Assembly: GCA_965223905.1 (NCBI GenBank) | Contig: CBDCXV010000001.1 | Location: forward strand, 448,001-512,000 | DNA: 64,000 nucleotides | Direction: 5' to 3' | Source: Candidatus Latescibacterota bacterium | GTDB taxonomy: Bacteria > Latescibacterota > UBA2968 > UBA8231 | Shown: piece by piece, positions 57,137-64,000 of the stretch | Layout: each line of letters starts with the position of its first letter | Numbering within the stretch: the stretch's first letter is position 1 | Notes under the pieces: model-generated | Seen by the model: the letters and a program-made list of their open reading frames with translations, nothing else | Database searches by the model: none | What the model was told of the DNA's origin: nothing | Position numbers and translations under genes: made by a program

Positions 57137-58663
57137 TCAAACGGCGCGATCGAGGGTGCGGTACTGTATCGCCTCGGAAATGTGCTGTTCCGAGATTTCG
57201 TCGGCGCGGTCGAGATCGGCGATCGTCCGGCCGACTTTGAGAATGCGGTCGTAGGCTCGCGCCGAGAGTCCAAGGGTTTCGATGGCCCTCCCGAGCAGCT
57301 TCTCGCCGCCGCAGGTGAGAGGACAGTAGCGGCGAATGTCCCTGGCCTCCATGTGGCCGTTGCAGAAGAGGTCCTCGCGCCCTTCGAAGCGGCGCCGCTG
57401 TATGCGGCGCGCCTCTTCGACGTGCCGGCGGAATTCAGACGACGGCGCGCGCTCGGACCGGGACGCGAGCTCGCGGTACTCGACACCCGGTACGTCGATG
57501 TGGATGTCGATGCGGTCGAGGAGCGGTCCGGAGATTCGGGCGCGGTAGCGCTCGATCAGCAGCGGCGTGCAGGTACAGTCGCGCCGCGGGTCGGAAAGAA
57601 AGCCGCACGGACAGGGGTTCATGGCGGCGATCAGCATGAAACGGGCGGGAAAGGACAGGGTCATGGCAGCGCGGCCGATGGTGATGCGGTGATCTTCCAG
57701 GGGTTGCCGCAGGGCTTCGATCACGTGCTTCTGGAATTCCGGCAGCTCATCGAGGAAGAGCACGCCGTGATGGGCAAGGGACACCTCCCCCGGGCGCGGA
57801 TGCGAGCCGCCACCGATCAGCCCGGCATTGGAGATGGTGTGGTGAGGCGCCCGGAACGGGCGCGAGGAAACGACAGCTTCACCGGCAGGCAGCGCCCCTG
57901 CCACCGAGTGAATCTTGGTCGTCGCCAGCGCCTCTTCGAGGGACATCTCGGCGAGGATCGACGGCACCCGGCGGGCGAGCATGGTCTTGCCCGAACCGGG
58001 AGGTCCGATCATCAGGATGTTGTGGGAACCCGCCGCGGCGACCTCGAGGGCGCGCTTGGCGTGCTGCTGGCCGCCGACGTCGGCGAAGTCGAAATCGGCG
58101 GGGGTAGCCTTGGGGAGCACCTGCGAGGGGTCGAAGTCGTGGGGCGCCAGGCGTACGCTGCCTTCGAGTATCTCCACGGCCTCGCGAAGGGTGCCGACCC
58201 CGTAGACGAGGGGTCCGCCGGCGAGAGCTGCCTCGCGGGCGTTCTGCCGGGGCACGATCATGCCGTAGACCTCCGGGTCCATGTCGGTGGCCACGGAGAG
58301 CGCACCGGTGACCGGGCGCAGACTGGCGTCGAGGGAGAGTTCCCCCAGGAGCACGAAATCGCTCAGGCGGCTGGTATCGACCTGGCCGGAGGCCACGAGG
58401 ATGCCGACGGCGATCGGCAGGTCGAAGGCAGCCCCCACCTTGCGAATACCCGCGGGGGCGAGGTTCACGGTCACGCGCCGCCGCGGCCACTCGAATCCCG
58501 CATTGCGGATCGCCGCCATGACCCGCTCGCGGCTTTCGCGCACAGCGCTGTCGGGAAGGCCGACGACACAGAAGGTCGGCAGGTGGCGGTCGGTGTCGAC
58601 CTCGACGTGGACGAGATAGGCGTCGATACCGAGGGTGGCGGCGCTTAGCACGGTGGCCGGCAT
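57137..58663 (-). CDS. comM: YifB/ComM Mg-chelatase-like AAA ATPase
   Basis: VGLPD.AVRES.ERV, GPPGSGKTM, RPFRAPHH, LFLDELPEF, AMNPCPCG, SARAY. Confidence 0.93.
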   Translation of the reverse strand: MPATVLSAATLGIDAYLVHVEVDTDRHLPTFCVVGLPDSAVRESRERVMAAIRNAGFEWPRRRVTVNLAPAGIRKVGAAFDLPIAVGILVASGQVDTSRLSDFVLLGELSLDASLRPVTGALSVATDMDPEVYGMIVPRQNAREAALAGGPLVYGVGTLREAVEILEGSVRLAPHDFDPSQVLPKATPADFDFADVGGQQHAKRALEVAAAGSHNILMIGPPGSGKTMLARRVPSILAEMSLEEALATTKIHSVAGALPAGEAVVSSRPFRAPHHTISNAGLIGGGSHPRPGEVSLAHHGVLFLDELPEFQKHVIEALRQPLEDHRITIGRAAMTLSFPARFMLIAAMNPCPCGFLSDPRRDCTCTPLLIERYRARISGPLLDRIDIHIDVPGVEYRELASRSERAPSSEFRRHVEEARRIQRRRFEGREDLFCNGHMEARDIRRYCPLTCGGEKLLGRAIETLGLSARAYDRILKVGRTIADLDRADEISEQHISEAIQYRTLDRAV

Positions 58664-59053
58664 GGGGACGGAGCCGCAAATCACATGCCCGCGGAGCCAC
58701 CCCGGAAACCGGGGCGCCGCCGCGTCGCGTTGTATCCTATGGGTTACAGTCCGTACCCTGGGGGAGCCGGGACCCCTTTGGGCAACCCTCCACGAATTCC
58801 GGAAAACCCCATTGCCCGGTAGCTGGTTTTCCAGGCAGGTGCACTGCCTGACGCTCCGGCGTTCCCGCAAATTCCGTCGTGCCATGCGGCCCGGGATTTG
58901 GCCCGTTGCCGGAAAGGCTCCGAGCTACAGGGCTGCTTGAGACAGGGGAAAGGTTGCGCAATATTCTGATTCAAAGAGCAATGCGCACCAGGCGAGTGCG
59001 AAAATCGCTCGATCCCACCGACCAACCCGCATCCCGGACGCATCGAAAAACAA

Positions 59054-59812
59054 TTGTCCAGCGAAAACGAGCAGCTGTCCAGCGAAAACGAGCAGCTCGA
59101 CACCCTCGAACGCGACGGTTTCGTTCACGTTCCCGGGGCGCTCACGGCAGCGGAGACCGAGGGGGTAAGGAAGCGGATAGACCACGCCCGCGAGATGGGA
59201 TGGGAAGAGGGCCTCAACGAGGTCGGCAACATGTGGTTCGACTCGCTTCTCCAACGCGAGCCGGGGAACTTCCGGTTCCTGGTTGCTCACCCGAGCGTGG
59301 CTCCGCTTCTCGAGGGCATGATGGGCAGGCAGTGCCAGCTGCGCAGCCTGCGCTGCCACACCAATCCCGGGCCCTACCTGCAGGAGTGGCACATGGACTT
59401 CTACGGGTACTGGGAGGAAAAGCGGCGCGTCGGGCAGCACCGTCTCGCCGTGCAGCCCGCCGGGGTCAACACGACGTTCTACATGCAGGACAACAACCCG
59501 GGGGACGGCCATCTGAAGTTCATCAAGGCTGGCCACCTCGTGGAGCCGCCGCATCTGTACCCGCTGGACCGCCCCCGGTTCGAGGAGTGGTGCCAGGCGC
59601 AGGAACACGTCGTTCTCCACCCAATGGCGGGAGACGCCGTGGTGTTCCTGAGCCACATCCCGCACCAGGGAGCCAAGGAGAGGAACGACATGGAGCGCAG
59701 CAACGTCGTTTGTCACTACCACGTCGCCCCGATGTACGCCGGCGTCTGGCACGTGTCGCGGCCACCCGGAGAAACAACGGACACCTTTCCCTTCGCCTCC
59801 GCCCGCTCATGA
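59054..59812 (+). CDS. Phytanoyl-CoA dioxygenase family protein
   Basis: ERDGF, EWHMD, AGDAVVF, IPHQG; start uncertain. Confidence 0.8.
   Translation: MSSENEQLSSENEQLDTLERDGFVHVPGALTAAETEGVRKRIDHAREMGWEEGLNEVGNMWFDSLLQREPGNFRFLVAHPSVAPLLEGMMGRQCQLRSLRCHTNPGPYLQEWHMDFYGYWEEKRRVGQHRLAVQPAGVNTTFYMQDNNPGDGHLKFIKAGHLVEPPHLYPLDRPRFEEWCQAQEHVVLHPMAGDAVVFLSHIPHQGAKERNDMERSNVVCHYHVAPMYAGVWHVSRPPGETTDTFPFASARS
59055..59097 (+). repeat. 21-bp tandem direct repeat (2 copies)
   Basis: TGTCCAGCGAAAACGAGCAGC twice, encoding (L)SSENEQ twice. Confidence 0.85.
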
Positions 59813-60309
59813 AACGGGTGCGGTGCAAATGGTTGGCCCTGCTGGGGGCGCTCTTCCTGGCTGCCGGCTGCGGCACCAAACCCGAACCGACTCCCGGCAA
59901 TGCATCAGGCACGGAACAGGACAAAACCGCCGGCCTGGACGGCGCTCTCCTGTACTACCTCATGGCACAGGAGGCCTTGGCCAACGACCGCTTCGAGCCG
60001 GCAAAGCAGGCCCTGGAGACGCTGCAGGGGCACATGGATCCGGAGCATGCAGAGGTGGCCGCTGCCGCTGCCGCCGCTGCCGACATCGAGGCGCTCCGCT
60101 CCGCGTTCCTGCCGCTGTCGAACGCCTTGCTCGACAGCGAGCTCCCGGAGGGCTATCGCGTCGCCCACTGTCCGATGGCCTTAGACTACGAGGGGGCGCA
60201 CTGGATTCAGGAGGCTGGGGAGATCGCGAATCCATATTATGGATCGGGGATGCTGCACTGCGGCGTGTTCGTGGAACTCGAAGCGAAACCCGAAGATTCC
60301 GGCAACTGA
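59809..60309 (+). CDS. DUF3347 domain lipoprotein (CusB-associated metal-binding type)
   Basis: Lipobox AAGC; HCPMA...WIQ...NPYYG.GML.CG. Confidence 0.82.
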   Translation: MKRVRCKWLALLGALFLAAGCGTKPEPTPGNASGTEQDKTAGLDGALLYYLMAQEALANDRFEPAKQALETLQGHMDPEHAEVAAAAAAAADIEALRSAFLPLSNALLDSELPEGYRVAHCPMALDYEGAHWIQEAGEIANPYYGSGMLHCGVFVELEAKPEDSGN

Positions 60310-60371
60310 ACGATCCGCCTCGCCGCAATGCTGAAGCTTGCCCCCCGGCACCTACTTTCCAGGGAACCCAT

Positions 60372-61148
60372 ATGAGGACGATTGACCTGACGGTCCGTTT
60401 TTTCCAGGACAGCCCGCCGGAGGGCCAGCCGTACCGCGAGGAGCTGTTCATCAGGCGCGAGACGACCATGTCCCTGCCGGTCGGTCAGACGGCCCTGGTG
60501 CTGGTGGACGTGTGGAACAATCACTTCATAGAAAGCTGGCTGGAGCGGGCATCGCAGGTGACGCGGGAGGCAGTGGTTCCCGCCCTCGAGGCCGCCCGGG
60601 CTGCGGGCCTCGCCATCGTTCACGCTCCCTGTCCCGAAGTGGCGGCGCAGTTCGATCAGCTCGCCCGCCACCAGCCGCCGCCGTCCGAGCCGGAGCCGGA
60701 CTGGCCCCCCGCCGGGTTCCGCGCCCTGCAGGGCGCCTATGCCGCCTTCCGCGGTCCTCGCGACCAGCCCCCCGGCATTCCCCGGATCGAGTCGCTGGGC
60801 ATGTCGTCGGCCATCGAGGTCGCGGCCGACGACTTCGTTGTCGCCACCGGCCAGCAGCTGCACGACCTCTGCCGAGAGCGCCGGATCCTGCACCTGGTGT
60901 ACGCCGGCTTCGCGACCAACTGGTGCATTCTGGGCCGCGACTACGGGATGCGAGCCATGCGCAGGCGGGGCTACAACCTGATTCTGCTGCGCGACGCCAC
61001 CATGGGCGTTGAGTTCCCGGACACGCTCGGTGAACTGATGGCGACGGAGCTGGCGATTCGCGAAGCGGAGCAGCAGATCGGGTTTTCGGCCTCCAACGAG
61101 GATTTCCTCGCGGTCTGCAGGGCGCGGGTTAGTTCTGTTCAGGTCTGA
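60372..61148 (+). CDS. Isochorismatase-like cysteine hydrolase
   Basis: TALVLVDVW, VHAP, GFATNWC, LRDAT. Confidence 0.85.
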   Translation: MRTIDLTVRFFQDSPPEGQPYREELFIRRETTMSLPVGQTALVLVDVWNNHFIESWLERASQVTREAVVPALEAARAAGLAIVHAPCPEVAAQFDQLARHQPPPSEPEPDWPPAGFRALQGAYAAFRGPRDQPPGIPRIESLGMSSAIEVAADDFVVATGQQLHDLCRERRILHLVYAGFATNWCILGRDYGMRAMRRRGYNLILLRDATMGVEFPDTLGELMATELAIREAEQQIGFSASNEDFLAVCRARVSSVQV

Positions 61149-61178
61149 AGTTCACGCTGTATTGCGCGCAACAGTAGA

Positions 61179-61754
61179 CTAGTTGAGCTCCAGGCGCCGC
61201 AGCATGCCTTCATACGGTCCGGCCTGCTGGCCGGGACGCATGTAGACCTTGCGCATGTAGTCGAGCGCCCCGGAGATCGACTCGAACTCGACGGCAAGCG
61301 CCTTGAACACCGATGCCTGTGGGGACATCGTCATCTCCATGCGCTCCGCTACGATGCCGTATGCCTGTTGCCCCTGCTCGAGGTAGTAGCCCAGCAGCGA
61401 TTCCGCCTCCAGATGGGCCCGGAAAAGGCCGCTCATGAACAGGGTGTAGTCGCCGCAGTGCCGCCTCACCTCTACTTCGCGTTCGAAACGGTACGGGGCC
61501 GCAGAGTTCCATGCCCGCATCAGTTCGAGCAGCATGCCGGCCACCGTTTCCAGGGGCCGGCCGCGAGCGTCGCGGATTCGGTAGAGCTCGTCGGTGCGCG
61601 CAAAGTCGGCGAGCAGTCTTGTAACGTAGTCGATCAGCTCGCGGCTCTGCAGGCCCAGCATGCCGAACGAAGGGGCCACCATGTGCTGGAAAAACCGGCG
61701 CAGCCCGGCCTGAGATTCGGCCGTGACCGGCCTGTTTCGAATCGATCTCGACAT
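61179..61754 (-). CDS. Conserved-looking hypothetical helical protein
   Basis: 191 aa, coding-like; motifs YVTRLLADF, RHCGDYTLFMSGLF, YLEQGQQAY; TATAAT at 61783-61788 upstream. Confidence 0.65.
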   Translation of the reverse strand: MSRSIRNRPVTAESQAGLRRFFQHMVAPSFGMLGLQSRELIDYVTRLLADFARTDELYRIRDARGRPLETVAGMLLELMRAWNSAAPYRFEREVEVRRHCGDYTLFMSGLFRAHLEAESLLGYYLEQGQQAYGIVAERMEMTMSPQASVFKALAVEFESISGALDYMRKVYMRPGQQAGPYEGMLRRLELN

Positions 61755-61887
61755 GTCACACCGTAAGCCGGAATAGTGTCATATTATATCCACATGCTTT
61801 CCCGAAAAAGAGTCATCCCCGCTGCGAAAGGGATCTGCAGCTGTCCGGGGTGCAGGCCGACGCAAAAAACCGCGGCTGCATTTCGGG

Positions 61888-62679
61888 ATGTCTCCGAATC
61901 GAACCCCTTCGACGCGACAGGATAGCACCGTGTTTCCCGGGCGCAAACTGACGCTGTTGCTCATCCCAGAAGAGGGCGGTCGCATCTACGAATTCAAGAT
62001 CCCCCGCATCTTTGTCGGGCTCTCCGCGCTGCTGGCGGCAGGCGCCGGCGTGCTGCTGGTTATCGGGGCTCGCTATCTTTTCGAGGCGCATACCCTCTCT
62101 TCCAGGCTGGAGCGGCTGGAGAGGGAACGGCGGCACCTCACAGAGGCAGTGATGCAGATCGACGAGCTCGAGAAAACCCTCGGCCGCCTGCAGAGCCAGA
62201 GTGACCAGCTGCACCGCATACTGGGCAGCCAAAGTGGCTACCACTTACCGCAGGAAGGCTCGACCGCCGACCGCTACCGCTACGTCTCTTCGGTATTTCG
62301 GCTGCAACACGGGCAGGTCCGCACCGTCCCGGCACTGTGGCCTGTCCGGGGTGTCCTGCGCCAACCTTTCGGAAGCCAGGGCGTGCTCATCGCCACGCCG
62401 GCGGGGAGCCTGGTGAGGGCAACGGCAGCCGGCCGCGTGACGGAGGCCGGCTATGACCGGCGGCTCGGCCACGCATTACGCATCGATCACGGCAGAGGTC
62501 TTTGCAGCTTGTACGGACACAACCGCATTCTCCTTGCGGAAGCCGGGGAGTACGTCTTCCGCGGACAGCCGATAGCGTTGTCCGGCGCCCCGCCCAGTGG
62601 GGGAGAACCGGCCCTTTTGTACTCCGTGTTGGAAGATGGGCGGCCTCGCGACCCAACTCGTTTCCGTCTGTGGTTGTGA
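61888..62679 (+). CDS. M23/LytM peptidase-like protein (TM + coiled coil), probably degenerate
   Basis: WPVRG, VRATAAG.V, IDHG, YGHN, GQPIA; HxxxD motif not evident. Confidence 0.82.
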   Translation: MSPNRTPSTRQDSTVFPGRKLTLLLIPEEGGRIYEFKIPRIFVGLSALLAAGAGVLLVIGARYLFEAHTLSSRLERLERERRHLTEAVMQIDELEKTLGRLQSQSDQLHRILGSQSGYHLPQEGSTADRYRYVSSVFRLQHGQVRTVPALWPVRGVLRQPFGSQGVLIATPAGSLVRATAAGRVTEAGYDRRLGHALRIDHGRGLCSLYGHNRILLAEAGEYVFRGQPIALSGAPPSGGEPALLYSVLEDGRPRDPTRFRLWL

Positions 62680-63065
62680 AAACCGCACGCAAAAAAGAGG
62701 TGGACGGCACCGTGATCGGGCCAGGAGCGCAGGTAGACGGGGTGTTCAATATCGACCATCCCGTGCGCGTCGACGGCAAGCTCAGTGGGCGCCTGAGTAC
62801 GTCCGGCCCCTTGATCGTAGGTGAAAACGGCTTCGTGGAAGCCGAGGAGATCGAGGTGGGAGAGGCTGTCATCCGCGGCCGCGTTGCGGGCAGAATCGTG
62901 GCCAGCGGGAGGGTCTACCTGGCCTCGACTTCCCGGTTTCGAGGTTCCGTCAAGACTCCCCACCTGGTGGTCGAAGAGGGGGCGCAGATCGAGTATTCCT
63001 CCCCGGAAGGAACCGGCGCGTCTAATACCACGCCTCCGGGCTCCGCCGAGCGCAACGACTCCTGA
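62676..63065 (+). CDS. Bactofilin (polymer-forming cytoskeletal protein)
   Basis: TVIGPG..VDG, VRVDG, LIVGENG.VE, LVVEEGA; GTGA overlap with M23 gene. Confidence 0.9.
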   Translation: MKTARKKEVDGTVIGPGAQVDGVFNIDHPVRVDGKLSGRLSTSGPLIVGENGFVEAEEIEVGEAVIRGRVAGRIVASGRVYLASTSRFRGSVKTPHLVVEEGAQIEYSSPEGTGASNTTPPGSAERNDS

Positions 63066-63107
63066 GGGCGGGACCCCCGCGGGCGGCCGGAATCACGGCG
63101 AAACAGA

Positions 63108-63146
63108 AAGGGGGTTCCGCTGTTTCTGCGGAACCCCCTTCTCTTT
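63108..63146. terminator. Bidirectional intrinsic terminator between bactofilin and groEL
   Basis: 13-bp stem AAGGGGGTTCCGC/GCGGAACCCCCTT with T-rich tails on both strands. Confidence 0.8.
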
Positions 63147-63164
63147 CGCATCGCCTTGAGGCGA

Positions 63165-64000
63165 TCAGTACATGTCACCGCCCGGAGGGCCCGCCGGAGC
63201 CGGCGGCTTCTCTTCCGGAATCTCGGCAACCAAGGCTTCGGTTGTCAGCAGCAGACTGGCGATGCTGGCTCCGTTTTCAATGGCGGTGCGCGAGACTTTG
63301 GCCGGGTCGGTGATGCCGGCCTTGACCAGGTCTTCGTATTTCTCGGAGAGGGCGTTGAAGCCGTAGGACGCCTGTTTGCTGGCGGCGACCTTCTGCACGA
63401 CGATGGCCCCTTCGTGACCGGAGTTGGCGGCGATCTGGCGCAGCGGCTCTTCGAGGGCGCGGCGCACGATGTTGACACCCGTCGCCTGGTCCCCTTCGAG
63501 GTCGAGGTCGTCGAGAGAGCTCAGAGCGCGGATGAAAATCACACCGCCTCCGGCGACGATGCCCTCTTCGACCGCGGCGCGAGCGGCGTGCAGCGCGTCT
63601 TCGACCCGGGCCTTCTTCTCTTTCATCTCCGTCTCGGTAGCGGCGCCGACGTTGATGACGGCCACGCCCCCGGCCAGTTTGGCCAGCCGTTCCTGCAGCT
63701 TCTCCTGGTCGTAGTCGGAGGTGGTCTCTTCGATCTGGGAGCGGATCTGCTGGACCCGGCCCTTGATGTCGGCCGGCTTGCCACTGCCTTCGACAACGGT
63801 GGTGTTGTCCTTGTCGATGGTGATGCGCTTGGCCTGTCCGAGGTCTTCGAGGGTGGTGTTCTCGAGCTTGAGACCGGCGTCCTCGGAGATGACGCGGCCC
63901 CCGGTCAGGGTGGCGACGTCCTCGAGCATCGCGGTGCGGCGGTCGCCGAACCCAGGGGCCTTGACGGCGGCTACCCGGATGGTCCCGCGCAGCTTGTTGA
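63165..64000 (-). CDS. groEL: Chaperonin GroEL (5'-partial)
   Basis: [45 protein letters not shown]. Confidence 0.98.
   Translation of the reverse strand, partial: NKLRGTIRVAAVKAPGFGDRRTAMLEDVATLTGGRVISEDAGLKLENTTLEDLGQAKRITIDKDNTTVVEGSGKPADIKGRVQQIRSQIEETTSDYDQEKLQERLAKLAGGVAVINVGAATETEMKEKKARVEDALHAARAAVEEGIVAGGGVIFIRALSSLDDLDLEGDQATGVNIVRRALEEPLRQIAANSGHEGAIVVQKVAASKQASYGFNALSEKYEDLVKAGITDPAKVSRTAIENGASIASLLLTTEALVAEIPEEKPPAPAGPPGGDMY

Noticed and set aside
1-64000. CRISPR arrays, rRNA/tRNA genes, transposases, integrases, prophage genes
   Set aside because: None recognised by eye or in the ORF track

Overview
High-GC bacterial chromosome segment, densely coding (about 55 CDS), with no rRNA, tRNA, CRISPR array or transposase. 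Three phytanoyl-CoA dioxygenase paralogues, a PorV-like barrel and a Bacteroidota-type GlmU-like gene suggest an FCB-group organism such as Latescibacterota (inference only). Recognisable genes include two ABC exporter sets, a VapBC45-like toxin-antitoxin pair, sthA, glmS, an M3 oligopeptidase, a uxuA-like dehydratase, phoX, an endonuclease Q-UvrD fusion, threonine aldolase, comM, an M23/bactofilin pair and partial groEL. Four genes are broken by indels, mostly in homopolymer runs, which may be assembly errors. The strongest unexplained signal is the apparently empty 1.4 kb at about 52500-53900. On the minus strand it holds a near-consensus sigma54 promoter, periodic TGCA upstream boxes and a ~240-nt leader with mutually exclusive terminator/antiterminator helices. 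Two unannotated hydrophobic micro-ORFs with strong RBSs and a closing terminator follow. This is a candidate new riboswitch/attenuator or sRNA plus small-protein system. Other notable items are a lone HsdR_N nuclease with a SeqA-like C-terminus, an internally duplicated 826-aa oxidoreductase-like protein, a metal-site-degenerate amidohydrolase and an unknown-domain/acyltransferase fusion.
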